From assembly GCA_026025075.1 (NCBI GenBank), contig JAPEUI010000136.1, forward strand, positions 1 through 40,080: a stretch of 40,080 nt of DNA, in the 5' to 3' direction. Origin of the DNA: Vezdaea acicularis (lineage: Eukaryota). Shown piece by piece: positions 21,144 through 34,600 of the stretch (its first letter is position 1; each line of letters opens with the position of its first letter). The notes under the pieces are model-generated. The model was not told the origin of the DNA. It did no database searches and saw only the letters and a program-made list of their open reading frames with translations. The position numbers were made by a program, and so were the translations under genes.

Positions 21144-22904
21144 CTATATGCAGAAAATCGCACTCCATTTGTGGAACCATCTGCGCTTGTTCTGTAAATT
21201 CTCTCCATCAGTTCCTTGCATCCTTTTAATAAACTGCGGGGAAGACTCGTGTGCGGTAGGCTTGTCTTGAACCCCTAGTGCTGACGGTGCCACATGCTTT
21301 GCCTTCTCTTCGTCGGTTCCTTGCGTCCTATTAGTAGACTGCGAGGATGACTCGTGTGCGGTAGGCTTGTCTTGAACATTCTCTCGATCAGTTCCTTGCA
21401 TTCTGTTGTTGGACTGCAAGGAAGACTCAAATGCAGTAGACTTGTCTTGAACATTTAATGTTTTCCTGTACATTAGTTCCAACGATTTCCTATTCCTGCA
21501 CATTTGTTCCATTGCGCCCTCGTGGGAATAACCATCGACGAATCTGATAATCCAGTACTCCTCCATACTCCTATCGGGGCTTTTTGTCAGAGGATAAAAC
21601 TCGTCGCTCTCGTCGCTCTCGGTGACACTATACATAAGCTCTAGAATATGTTGTTGCGCCTCAGCATCCTCATATACGAAAATGATTGCGCGAATGAATG
21701 AAATGACTGCATGCCATATGACAGCTCGATCGATATCAACGGGCTGTTCTCTATCAAGAAGAAGGCAAAACTCGCCCAACCCTACCAAGGCCACAAGCGT
21801 ATTTGATGGGGTAAAATGGTCAAGTGATATCATTGCAGCCATAATAAGGGCGAGCTCTTCAGGCTTGCTAGAGGTTTTGAGAGACGCAAGTAACCCGCGA
21901 CGGAACTCTCGGCCATCTGTGGAAGAGACCAAGCTTTGGAGTCCTTCCAAAATGCCCTTACTCTTGTAAGGGATTGTACGACACGCAACAAGAAAGCATG
22001 ACAGGTAGAATAGTTGACAATCCAGCACATGACGGTTTTGTTCATTGTGCTGCCTATGATTTGTTAGAAGCCAAACGCCCCAGGACTATTAAATTTGATA
22101 CTAACATGAAGAAGCGTATAAAGTCACTATCCTGGATGCTTGCCATCATGAGAATCATGTGCATAGCCGGAAAGGGCGTACGTTCTCCTCCTACGAAGTC
22201 TCCTAATAGTATTGTGATTGGCAAGGACGTTGCTAGGTGCGAGACATCAAGTTCAGCAACTTGTCGCGAGTCAGGGGATACGTCAAAGCCTAGTCCATAC
22301 TGCTGGATTATACTGATGGATTTTTTTGAATCGAAGGCAATCGTAGCAAAATTCGGCAGTCCAAAAACTTCATTGTACAGGATAAGATTTTGCAATGGCG
22401 AAAATCTTTTAGAATGTTTTTTATATTGGGAGTCCGCTTTGATACCGCTGCCAGATATGTATAGCAGAGTCCAAAGCAAGGCTAATGCTTGCGACCTCAG
22501 CTGCATTGCTCCTTTGTCAGCAAAAATGGCCCTGCTGCAGAGCTCTCGCCAGTAATCGTTGTCTCTCCAGGGCCGAGGAGTCCACGTCTTTAAACTTTGG
22601 AATTTGGGGTTATCAAGATGACAGCCGGAACAATCAAATAGGCCAATACAAAGAATTGCAGCGTAGTATCTGAATCTCTGAAGGGTTGAAGGAGAACATC
22701 TCTGCAAATAGTGAGTAGAGCTGCCAGTGGAATTGCAGGAAAACTTCTTACACCAAAGGCCTGATTAAACGCCGTCTCCCGGTTCTGTACTCTGGCTTGC
22801 TCCTCATCGAACCAGACATCATAATATGTGGGTGGGTTGGTCATTTCGACTAGATCAGACTCTGGCAGCGTCTCTATCACTAAGCAGCGCTCTGTTCGAT
22901 ACAC
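21144..22904 (-). CDS. Hypothetical multi-exon protein, apparently frameshifted near 22600 (possible pseudogene); start unresolved
   Basis: ORFs 22590-22904, 22054-22707 and 21144-22028. A GTTAGT..CTAAC..TAG intron at about 22104-22054 links the last two. The C-terminus has 25-aa repeats (VQDKPTAHESS..RxQGTD). Confidence 0.6.
21190..21455 (-). repeat. ~75-bp coding repeat x3
   Basis: VQDKxTAxESSxQxxxRxQGTDxE occurs three times. Confidence 0.85.
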
Positions 22905-23098
22905 AGCGAGTGAACCTACCCCCTATCAATGTTACTGGAGATATGGTATTAGTGTCAAGAATTTGAGGTTGTTCGTATGAAGAAAATGAGGTACAGCAGT
23001 AAAATGTTAAGTAGGAAATGAATGCGTGCGAAAGAAAGGAGGCCATGAGCGCCTGCGATATACCACAGATCCCGTATGATGACTTCAGTTTCGCATAT

Positions 23099-23390
23099 GA
23101 TTGGAGCTGCGTTGCCACAGCCCCAATTCGCCCATGATTGGGGCTGCGTCGCCACAGCCCCAATTCGCCCACGATTGGGGCTGCGTCGCCACAGCCCCAA
23201 TTCGCCCACGATTGGGGCTGCGTCGTCACAGCCCCAATTTGCCCATGATTGGGGCTGCGTCATCACATCCCCCAATTTGCCCACGATTGGGGGCTTCGTT
23301 GTCACATCCCCTATTTGCCCATGGTTGGGGCTGCAGCGTTACAACCCCAATTTGCCCACGATTGGGGTTGCGTCGTTACATCCTTAATTG
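23099..23390. repeat. 37-bp tandem array x8, each unit a hairpin (ATTGGGGCTG-N8-CAGCCCCAAT)
   Basis: Units start at 23099, 23136, 23173, 23210, 23247, 23285, 23323 and 23360, degenerating rightwards. Confidence 0.96.
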
Positions 23391-24368
23391 GGGGGTTTGC
23401 ACTCTGCTAGAAGAACCGTCCTGAGGGGCGAGCACTCCTCCTATCAGAAACCACACCGTATCAGCAAAGAGATGCATGATTGTTAGTTTGGGCAGAGCGG
23501 CAACCCCCTGTACCTGCGAAATACCTCCTTCGTATCTTGTTGGTGCAGGAGTTGCCACCCTGTCCGAGCTAACAATCATTAAGGCCTGTACGCTACCTCT
23601 GTAGAGAAGAGCAGAAATAATGATCTGCTGAGAAGATAGAAAGCCAACAATAAACTATTGTAGAAGAGACTGCTAATATGCATAAGCTTATTTTGAGTGA
23701 CTTATACACTGCAACTACGGCGGAAAAAAATCTCGACTTTACCTACCCGATTTAGGGCTGCGAACATCGGATGAGAAGAGCATGCAAGATCGGAGACGCT
23801 ACACGATGGTCTTAACGACCACTTTTGAGTGCCAGGCGTCAATTCCACGGCTGCCCTGTACCAAGATGCAGCTAATTTGACAGGAAATGTTTACAAGATT
23901 CAAGGCTCCGTGTAGTTAGGCTAGTTGCCTAACATCTTCACCGACCATTCAATGATGCTTGAGTGTTTCCGGCCAGCCTTACTTCTGATGTTTCCCACAT
24001 TTATAGGCGGCCTCACTGTCTAGCACTCCACCCTCTCATCTTAATCACAAGCGTGTATGTAGGTACTACTGATTCATATGTTAGATTCAGACGTTAACAA
24101 AGATTAGTTATCTACCAATACCAGAGGACATATCACATCTAACAGCGCCTATTTCTTGGCCTGCTTACGCGGACTTAGCTACACTTTCTTGATCAACACC
24201 AGCTCAGATAACATTATCGTTGAGTAAGCCATCTTATCACTAGGTTCTTGAATAGACAACTCCACATGCCCCGCTTGCAAGAAAAGCTCGCGTGTCATAA
24301 ACTCACAGGAAATGCCTCACCAAACTTACCCCTCATCATCAAACTTCAACCCCCACCACAACAAAAAG

Positions 24369-25115
24369 ATGGATATTCCAGACGTTCAAGTCATGATAAA
24401 GGGCACACAGATATCTCTGAAGGATGATAGGAATAAAGCGATGCAGGCTCTCATCACAAATGAATGGCTAGTGCTTAAAAAGGCCACCAGTCTCGCTCAA
24501 GTGGAGCCTATTCTGGAGCAAAAATTATTCTCGCTGGATGCCGTAACAAAAGGCATTGCATTAAATTCAGTATGTCTCCCTAGCAAGCTCTCAATTACTA
24601 CTAAATATTTGCATAGGCTGTTACTTCAGTCCTATTTTCAGCACAAAAACGGAAATTTCGTATAAGCGGCCACTTGCCTTTAAAACTGCCTGTGAATTAT
24701 CCGATGAGCCAAGATGATGAAGCAGCAGAAATACGTAAATCTGGCGATTTAGTTGCCATCCAAGCAACTCATCTTGGAGGTGACAATGAGGTCAAGTGGA
24801 CTATCAACGTTGAAGGAAACGATGGAAAGATGGAAGCAGTTGAAGCAAATGGCGGTGACGTGTATTGTGTTCAAAATTTACTTCCAATTTACAGTCTAAC
24901 AGCAGTCTAGTTTTATGTGCAGCACTGCGTTGAAGCGATCGCCACCTTCACCAAACCCAAAGCAATCTCCACAGCATGCAATCGTAATATCTTACCTTTG
25001 GGAAGGGTTCTCGGATAAAGGGACTTTGCCGGATGATCTTGTTAGGAAACTTGTTAAAGTAGGAGAAGGACTTGTCTCTCAAGAGGGAAAATATGTCCTT
25101 CTAGATCAAGCATGA
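24369..25115 (+). CDS. Hypothetical ~216-aa protein; join(24369..24569,24617..24861,24911..25115)
   Basis: Introns GTATGT..TAG (47 nt) and GTATTG..CTAAC..TAG (49 nt) join three ORF-track segments in frame. Confidence 0.65.
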
Positions 25116-25188
25116 GGGAATGAGCTGCTAGCAACACAACTTAATTGTGAGCAAATTAAATTGTATGTATAATCAAATAAAGCCGCAT

Positions 25189-26182
25189 CTAATCCATTGC
25201 TTCGTTATAGAGAAACGTTGGCTCAGATTCATAGGATAGTGGGAGATCATTGTTTCCATACATTGCTGCGTTGCCAGACCAAAATACAGATCTTAGATTC
25301 GGGATACTAGTATGTGCCGTTGCTGCAGCTTCATAGGATAGTGGGAGATCATTGATTCCATACATTGCTGCATTGCCGGACCAAAATGGAAATCTTGGAT
25401 TTGGGGTACTAGTGTGTGCCGTTGGCGCAGCATCATAAGATGATGGGAGATTATTGCCGTCATACACTGCATCCGAGGTTTGACTCAAAACAGTTGCTGG
25501 GTTGCTAGCAGTAGTAGCATTAGATGCTGTAGTGAATGTTCCAATTGCGGGACGACGGGTGTCGTTATCAGCCGTGAGCCTCGGAGAGTCGTCATCAGAT
25601 TGCTCATCCAAAGATATCTGCGAAGAATCGTCGCTTTGCTCTGGGGATTCTCTTAATTGGAAAGCTACTGCAAAAGAACATATTAGCAGCTATTCAAGAT
25701 GCTATTTAGAAACACTGACTTGATCCTCTGTGAAGCATATTGAAATGAAAGCTACGACCCTGTTTTGAACTGAAAGGCTTTTTGCAAGCGCGACAAGTAT
25801 ACCATTTCTTATCGGTACGATATTGACGATGAGCTGGATCAATTTCACTCTTTATATGCCGCAGTAGATGACATGGCCTGGTGAACGACTTTGAACAGGA
25901 ACTAACTGGGCAACAGTGTACCTTCGCCCACTTTTCTAGACGAGAAAGTCTTTTTTCGGCGTATTCCAGACGTTGAAGCAGTTCGTTGCCTTCCTGAGGC
26001 CTACGATTCTCAGGAACTGGACCTTCATCAATTTTGGTAAATCTGCTGTTGGTCTCCAAAGTTGAGATACGGGAGTTGATGTCCTGGATGCGAGGTTCTA
26101 TAGCGGAGTGGTCCGGATTAGGCTTGCGACGTTTTCTCCGGGAACGCGTACTGTTAACCGCCGATGAAGTCACCAAGCTCAT
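25189..26182 (-). CDS. C2H2 zinc-finger protein (~313 aa); join(26182..25720,25667..25189)
   Basis: CPVSSCSKSFTRPCHLLRH and CRACKKPFSSKQGRSFHFNMLH, an NLS-like RRKRRK, and an in-frame GTCAGT..GCTAAT..CAG intron. The C-terminus has 34-aa repeats (AAMYGxNDLPLSYE..FWSGN). Confidence 0.85.
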
Positions 26183-27203
26183 AGTGAATAACAAGTTTGC
26201 TCGGGATAGAAGGCTTGAGGAGGTTGATCAAGGAGTTTTGCTTGAATGATTATAAGAATAGAGCCTTTCGCTAAACAAGTATCCAACTCATGGTCATGTG
26301 ATTCAAACATACCCGTCCCGTGATCACAGTGCCTGCACAAGGCTTAATTACACGACTCACCATAGATTAGAAAGCAGGGAAGTGCTGAGGCATTGCTTCC
26401 CCAGCGTTCATGCCGGATGCGGTTTAGTCTGCTCCCTGCTCGTACGCCTACACCTCACAACTACTCGCCCCCTTTCATATATCCTCCCTATCACGTGACC
26501 CTCACTCAGTACAAGGGAGCTTGCAACAAGTGGCTGTCACAACATATAGTCAAAGATTACTGTTTGATGCAGCCACATTCTTTCGTCATCCGACTTCAGA
26601 CTGTTGTGGGTATACCAAGGTCACGTGGATTCATTGTAGATAAGAGCATGAGGAAGTTGTCTATGTCATCCAAATAGATTCATTGAATACTGCCTGCCTG
26701 GCCTGCTCCCTGCTTGTATGCACGCCTCTTACAAGAGGTACGCACAAAGCTCGCCCACTTAATAATGGTTGGCTACCGAACAACCCTGATGTAGATATGA
26801 ACAGCTCAGACAGAGACTCAGAGACTCAGAGAAAATTTTCAAGTTATGGCTTAGTGAGATCCAACTTTCATAGACGTGGGACTTAATACTGATGGTGACT
26901 CAGCGTGAAGTCTTTGGGGCATGTCTAAGAAAAGGTACCAATCCTTCAATGACCAGATTTGGAGGAATGGGCAGACAATATTGGCTGCACTATTCGCATC
27001 CTGGCATATTAGTGGACTGGGACGAGGTTCGGAAAACATGAAGCGCCGCCTTGTGAATGAACGCTTTCATAGGATCAGATTTTTTGACGTTTGGAGGATG
27101 AGAGATGGATCCTTGTTAACATGATGCGGTCTGAAAGATTCTGAGCCTCATGGCGCCACGAGGGGTAAAGAGAAAGCTTGAAAGAAAGAGCAAGTTTAAG
27201 AAT

Positions 27204-27566
27204 TTAGGGTGATGTTTCTTTATCCTGGAATGAAGAATTGATTCTGCCAGCATTCTTGTTGAAATGCGCTGGTGTCTTCAGATCAGGCAGAGGGTAGGAT
27301 CGGGCCTATATTTGGTCAACGACGAAAATAGAGGGGTACTTGAGACAACATACAATAGTTTTGAGAGAAGGCGGCCACGACTCCTGGTCGTCAGACTGGA
27401 TGGATGTATAAACGTAGAATTTACCGTCGAGCAGTACGCAAACAAATGCATCTGCCAGGCACACTTCTTTCAGACCATGCGCCTTCCTCATGAGGCTTTT
27501 GATACGTCTGAGGGCTCTTTGCCTGTCAGCTCTTCTTTTCTTTTGATGTCCAATCTGATAATTCAT
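27204..27566 (-). CDS. Small MADS-box (SRF-type-like) protein, ~104 aa; join(27566..27354,27305..27204)
   Basis: RRIKSLMRKAHGLKEVCLADAFVCVLLDGKFYVYTS, then SWPPS..I|ARSYPLP across a GTATGT..TAG intron. Confidence 0.85.
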
Positions 27567-27713
27567 CTTAGAACAGAAGTCTTATGATGTAGAAAGTGTT
27601 GTTTGATGTCGACTTATGGAGCATGGCGGCAAGTTTGAGTTATAAACCCTCAATTGCATTCACCGAGAGTCCTTGGCTGACAAGCGGCAAGTGGATTTTT
27701 TATTCTATGGATG

Positions 27714-27773
27714 GCAGCCGGCGAGCAGCCAGTGAGCAGCCTGCGGGCAGCCTGTGAGCGGCCAGCAGGCAGC
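27714..27773. repeat. Degenerate 11-bp repeat (gcagccNgYga) x5.5 upstream of the MADS gene
   Basis: Directly visible. Confidence 0.75.
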
Positions 27774-28162
27774 TACGTAGTGGTGACTGACATACGGTGG
27801 ACGGCGGACAGTGGAAGGTCGGCGGCTGGGGCCTATTTTTATCCAAAGATCGGCGGCTAAGTAGGTTAGATCAAGATGTAGCTGGCGCTAAACTGAGGAT
27901 GTTTACTCCGTATTTCGTAGTGAGGCTGACACTGACTGGGGAGTACAGCGGTTAAAAAGTGAACCCGATGTGTGAGAGATCTAATGGATCTGCAAGATAT
28001 ACGGAGGTACAGGTTGTGATGACGGATGATGTTTTCACGTGTATCAAAGAGTTTTGGGGAATTTACATCACCATCAGCCTCAAAATACTGCCTGATATAA
28101 AATGCGGCCTACAAACGTTTTCTAACATTTAAGACATATCTACTGTATGATAGTTACACCAA

Positions 28163-31100
28163 TCAGAAGAACTCTCCACGCTTACGCTTCTGCGGGATCG
28201 AAGGCAATGGTTTTTCCCTAAACTTTTCCAACTGATAATTCCAGCCCCCTAAAGGCATATGAAGCCTCTGCATTCTATCCAGTTCTTTAATTGTTCGCGG
28301 CAGTCCGCTGATCAGAGTTGGTCTAGTGGTTATCCCTGAGAGAGATATGTATAACCTCTCGTTTGAGCTGCGAATACTGAAGCATATTGGCCGACGAAAA
28401 GCAACTGTAGAATCAGAAGGATAAATGGGCGACTCTACGCAAGGGACTGCTCTGCCAGCTACGTGAAACTTTGAGGCTGTCAAAGCAAGACGTCTCATAA
28501 GTTGATTTAATGAGGAAGTTGAATCGTGCAACCTGCAAAATATGGTTGCATAACATTGATGTGGTCCATCGACGTATTGCAACAAACCAGGCGTCTGCAG
28601 CTCGACATAGAATAAGGAAGCTAGAATTGAATCTGTTACTGCTATTAGTCTGGTGTCATTTCTGATGCACTGGCGAGCTTGAGTTGTTAATCGACTTATG
28701 ATAGCCACATCATCTAGCCCTGGCTCCGAACCTGTAAAGGATAAATTCAACCTATGGAACCGACTTTTAGCTTCCTCTGACAACGTGTTTATAAGCTCTA
28801 TCCAAGTCTTCTCACCGTCGAGGGATGCCATATAGGATCGAAAGAGCCTTGAGCAGAATCCGTCCTTGACTGGTGAACCTGGGTAGTATTGTTTGGTTTC
28901 AGCAGGGCTATCAGAAGTTCCGGTCCCGAGAGAGAGGACAAAGTCATAGGAGCAATCGGATCCTCTCAGCCTCTTAGACTCCCATAGGGCAAGCTTGACA
29001 GGGTTGTTATGGTGAAGTAAACCTCCATCTTGAAATGTGCCTAACGATTTTAAGCTCTTTGCTTGAAAGAAACTAGAAAATATCAACATCATCTGCAACA
29101 ACGGAGAGAGACTTCTTACAAAGGGGCGGCGGATGTACAGCGAGCACTGGAGTTCAAAGTCAGCTGTTATTACTTCTAGCTGGAATTCGAGCACTTACGC
29201 ATCTTGAATTGATACATCATCATTCGGGCACTGGGCCCGTATTAAGTTGTAGCCTGAGCTCTGCGAAGGCGGCATAGGGCCATTGTAATTCGTGAATATA
29301 CACTGCATAGTTTTTCCTGCAGTGGTTGCAGTCACGGCAACGTTGATATCGCTGGTAATAGGGTTAAACATCCCCTGACTTGGTGCAAAAGCTGATTGGA
29401 AAGCTGCTTCGATAGCGGTTGTCTTATACACAGAGTCAGCAAAGTAGGTACGAACGAGATTAGGCATTGAGGAGAGGATTGGGATGGTGGACATCTTTCG
29501 TCGCTCAAATGCTTTAGACGCAAAAATCTCAAACTTTTCTTTGCATTCCTCAAGTGTCCATTTTTTGAGAAACAGACCTAGAACGACTAGTCCGCCTATA
29601 GAAAGATCAGATTCATGTAGTTAGATGAGTTTTCGAGCGACATACCTGCAGAGGTTCCAACCACCTGGTCAAAATGATCTTGAATGGGTATAGCAAGCCC
29701 TAAACGCTCTTCGATGCTTTGCAAGAACACTATAGGGATTATTCCTCTAATGCCTCCTCCATCAATGCACAATACTCGAATGCCGGCAGTAGGCGGCTGA
29801 TATCGAAATTCCCCCGATTTATTGATTTTCCCGCAAAGGAGACATCGATTTAAAAGATAAAAGAAAGGCTTGTTCTTCAGAGGGGTGCCAAAAACTCTGA
29901 TGCAATGGTTGCATAAGGCGTGGCCGCAGCTCAAACTCTTTTCAGGCATGCGCATCAGACAATTGAAACAAGTAGTATGACTTTTGAGATCTTGAAGCTG
30001 CGTCTGGAGGCCTATCACCTTGTTACGATGTAATTGCACGACTGACATACAAGACTTGGTCAGCTCCTTACTATACAATTTGAAATTTTCAAAAAGAGAG
30101 TTGAAGGCGCGTATCTGCAATGTAATGAGCGATACACTTTTGGGGGCCGTTCCATTATACTGGCTAATGGCGGCTATGCACGTGTCCCGATAGAAGCGAT
30201 CGAATAGCATTGTAGGAGGAAATTCTGTCATCACAATTAGCTTTGCATTTAGGGGTTCCAAGTGCGATGATACTTACGATGCGAGCCAGGAGGAAAGCTA
30301 TCGAGGACAAGGGCTACAGCCACAAGTATCACAAAACATTCCGTCAGAAAATGCTCAGATCTCTGTAACATCAGCAACTCTTGGATATGAGTCTGCAAGG
30401 AATTCGACAATGGATTATGAAGCCTGGCTGCCTGAAGAAAGCTGAATGATTCCAGGTTTGTTGCACAGAAGTGATCTAGCAGGAGTGACATGTATGTCTG
30501 ATGGTGGTGAGCTCGAAAAGAGAATCCTTGCGCTTTCCGTACCTTCTGCAGGTCTGCGCACTCGGCATTTAATTGACTTTGGAGCTTGTGATATAATGTT
30601 AGTTTGGCGCCTTGTCGCTGTCGCTTGTCAACAGGCATTATTGATAGATGTTGAAAGTGGCGATCAAGGTCACACTGCAGCTGCTCTTCATCTGCACGAC
30701 CGTATGCTAATCTCAATTCATCCAGCATGTATGAAAAGAGCTTATTTTTCATGGTTTTGCTGTCAAAGCTAGTAGAAGCAGTCTCCACCACCACCTGCAA
30801 TCGAGGTAGAATTGCCGTTGGTGCATCTGAAGCCGCTGGTAAAGCTATCCAGCGAACTAGTCGTCTTGCAATGCCTTTCAAGCCACCAAGGTCGGCTGCA
30901 AATAAACAGAATACGTTTACTAGGGGTGCTAGAGCTCTAGCGTAAAGATTAAAAGCAATACCTTCAGTATTTATGACCGGACCATGATGGTCAGGCCATA
31001 TCAAAGGGCGACGCACAATTTCTCCGCCATCAATTCGGGATTCAGGTCTATATGCTGTTTTGATGTTGTGGATTTCGCAGTCCAAGAGAACAACGGGCAG

Positions 31101-31358
31101 AGAATGAGGGGTTTCAGTCGTGTCGCTGTATAATCTGACACTCTTGTGAGAATCTTGGCCAGCGCGCTCGATACCCCAAATATGATCGAGCATGTAAGCT
31201 TTAGAGCGATACCCAATAAAAGCGATTAGCACGGGGGAATTCTCAGACATTCTTGGAGCGTAGGTAGATAACGCTCTGTAGGCATCTCTATGTTCTAGGA
31301 GAGTGATTTCATGTGGGGTATGCCTAATCTGCAGCCATGTGTTTATCCCGAGTTCCAT
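28163..31358 (-). CDS. Patatin-like phospholipase (PNPLA) with RING-like Zn finger, Starship PLP type; 5 exons
   Basis: DGGGIRG, GTSAG|G, A|ARCTSAAPF| and FQDGG motifs, preceded by CFNCLMRMPEKSLSCGHALCNHC. Introns at 30277-30225, 29645-29596, about 29198-29147 and about 29120-29074 restore one reading frame. Confidence 0.93.
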
Positions 31359-31676
31359 GGTGTGCAGTCAAAAGTGATGAGAACAGACCGACTCTGTAGG
31401 AGCAGAAAGCAGAAAAAATGAATGTATTTCAAGACAGCTTATTCCCTCACCTCTTCTGGTTTAAGGGTGTAAGTCGCGGTGGTGTGCAGCCCGCGGTTGT
31501 TGGCCCGCGGCTTTCCAACTTTCCAAAGTTAGGCTCTGTTACTGTCTGGGTTGTGACAGGGATCAGATCCCCTGTGCGTGATCGGGTTTCCCAAAAACTC
31601 TCACATTGGCTCTTAATCATGGCCGTGAGCTCAAAAAAACTCCATTCCAGTAATCATTTTCAGCAAAGGCTTCAAT

Positions 31677-34600
31677 ATGGAAAACGAAAGTAGTTCAAGC
31701 CAACGCCTAAAAAGTGAGAACTTCCGTGGTGCAGCTCGGATCAGATTTGCCAACCTTGATTTCTGGAACACCGAACGATCTGATGGACCGCCAGGCCGAC
31801 TGCATCGATCTCTATCTCCTGCTATAGTTAGTCGACTGCGAAGGGTGTTTGAGCTAGAAGGCTGCTTACGTCTAGATTCTGAAAATTATATATCGGCGAT
31901 ATTAGATCAGGTCTCACTGGACGCTATTCTCTCAGCTTCTCACATCAGTGCGCAAGACCTATTGCTTCCGCGTGATAATGGGATTCCGCCGCTCTTGGAT
32001 GTTCCCTTGTCCTGCAAAATCCAATGTCTCTCGGGACAGCATCGTATTGCCGCAGCTAAAGAGATTCTGGGAGAAAACGAAGAAGAATCCTGGTGGACAG
32101 TTAGTTTGTACGTATCAGGTAAGTCAAAATGTTTAACGCATGGCTCGTGCACACACTCTAATATATCCCAGAGTTGCCAATACCCACACTTTTACATATA
32201 CAAGAAGCATTTCCAAACGCTCAACCGTATTCGGACGGCGAGATCTTCCAGAAAATTTGTTTTTACCGTCAGACACAGCTGTTCAAGGCCGAAAGTAAGT
32301 GGTGGGCCAGACTTTCTCCAGCTAAGATGCGAGATCTTAAGCAGTTGCTTCGTCGTAGTGATTACACTGCAGAACTTGAAAACCTTCTGCATATGCCAGG
32401 ATTTTGGCGTCCTCTCCAATTTGGCGCTTTACATCGAGTACTGCCATTACGCAGTGACGAAGTTTGTGACCCGAGCATTGTTCCGTCAACATCAGCTAAT
32501 TGATAGTTAGGAAATGCTCAGCTATCTTCGACATATCACAGATACCTGGAAAAGAATTCTGGGACCTGTTCCGGGCTCCGCTGTGGATGTTACAACGGTT
32601 TCGAACCTTGAATTACTTGCACCCGGCCGTTCAAATCAGGATCGGCGTTTAGTACAACAACGAATGGAATCATTTCAGTTATTCCCTAAGGTGATTGACC
32701 GGAGTAAACGCACAATGCTTATGACTAACTTAAGTGGACTGGACTGTATCGTCCCTAGTTTACGAACTTTCTTCGACAACACCATTTATCTGGAACCTTG
32801 CTGTCTTGCTTTGAGAAGGCTTATTGGTCCAATGGAGCTACCAACTATCCGACAATGCCTTTTTGCATCCTATCGTCTACCAATCAAGCAAAACGTTGAG
32901 GTATATGAAGCTCGTTCACTACCAATAACCTGCTTTTCAACAGATCTCTTTCGATATTGTGGCTATAAACAACTCTGGTTGTACGCCATGCGACACCTTC
33001 CTGAACTGATATCATCTACCTGCGCACAAGCTCTGCCTAAAAAGGATCGACGAAAGCTGAAACCTCTTGCCAAAAGTACAGATCTTAACGCTTGGGACAA
33101 GTTTGCTAGGTTAGCACATCGCCTAGGTTTTATGACTCGAGGCAGTCAAGAAGCCCTTCTGGAGAATGCGGATCAGCTTATCGCAAGGGATTTTCTAATT
33201 CATGCCAAACCACGTTCCTCTCATAGTGTACATCAAGTGAACTTTGAGGAAGGGGTGAGGCAAATCACAGAAGTTTTATCTTACTTTCCAGCAAAACAAA
33301 CCCCTCCTAAAGAGGCTCCCCGATGGACATCAACTCAGCCTCTTCCGCTAGAACGAAGATGTGGCCGTCCTTTTGAGGGAAGCTATCATAGTGATTTCCC
33401 TTTTCTTTTCCTCAATCACATGTACGGAAACAGCTCAAATGATAAGGGAGAAGATATTACAACTCTTTTCGTGCGTAGAGATTTTGTGCGCGCTTTTTGG
33501 GGAAGAGATCAGGTAAGCTCCACTCCGCCATACTCATCTCTACTGCTAATTGATTCAGGAGTTTGATGTGAACACTCTTCAAGGTAATGCTGGCCCTGAT
33601 GATTCGTCTGAGCCAGCCATACGAATTATGGCATCGCAAATAAAAACGGTCAACAATCGTGCGAATGAGCACGCATCAGAACAGTCCACTGCTGATGCGA
33701 GGCCAACACAGGTACTAGAGGATACAATCCAGGAGCTTAAAGCCAAAGAGGCTATGTCTTCTATAGAACTACCCAAACTCAAGCAGCAACTGGCGGAGCT
33801 GGAATCGAAGCTTGAGTCTGTATTATCTGAGAAGCTTCCACTTTCAGAGAAGAACGTAAAATTATCAAATGACCTTCAAAAAAAAGACGCAGAGATTGAA
33901 CAACTGCAGCGGGATTTGCTTCAAATTAAGACTATTCAGCAAGCATCTAACTCGATTTCGGTCCAAGCCCAAGGAAGACGTCTACGTGAATATGAGGCTG
34001 AGATTGCCATATTGAATGGGAGATGCAATGAAGTCACAAAAGAAATGAACCAATTAAAGCAACAACACGAGAAGGTAATACAAGATCATGCGGGAAGAGA
34101 AGGTAATATTGAAGCAGAAAAAGCAAGACTCCAGGAAGAGATTAACAAATTGAACGGAAGGTGTAATGAAGTCACAGAAGAAAAGAATCAATTAAAGCAA
34201 CAATACGAGAAGGTAATACAAGATCATGTGGGAAGAGAAGGTAACATTGAAGCGGAAAAAGCAAGACTCCAGGAAGAGATCAACAAATTTAACGGGAGGT
34301 GTAATGAAGTCACAGAAGAAAATAATCAACTAAAGCAACAATACGAGCAGGTAATACAAGATCATGCGGGAAGAGAAGGTAACATTGAAGCAGAGAAAGC
34401 AAGACTCCAGGAAGAGATCAACAAATTTAACGGGAGGTGTAATGAAGTCACAGAAGAAAATAATCAACTAAAGCAACAATACGAGCAGGTAATACAAGAT
34501 CATGCGGGAAGAGAAGGTAACATTGAAGCAGAGAAAGCAAGACTCCAGGAAGAGATCGCCAGATTGAAAGAGAAGTGCAGCGAAGTCATGGAAGAAAAAA

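Noticed and set aside
23099..23390. CRISPR array or bacterial REP/terminator cluster
   Set aside because: The palindromic units are directly adjacent with no unique spacers, no cas genes are present, and the context is an intron-containing fungal genome.
26683..27124. Short + ORFs between the C2H2 and MADS genes
   Set aside because: Under 70 aa with no motifs or convincing splice model.
27819..27859. URS1/Ume6-like TCGGCGGCT sites upstream of MADS-1
   Set aside because: Two short GC-rich matches; the yeast motif cannot be assumed functional in this organism.
28163..31358. Four separate genes, or a frameshifted PLP, as the ORF track suggests
   Set aside because: Canonical introns join all segments into one intact reading frame.
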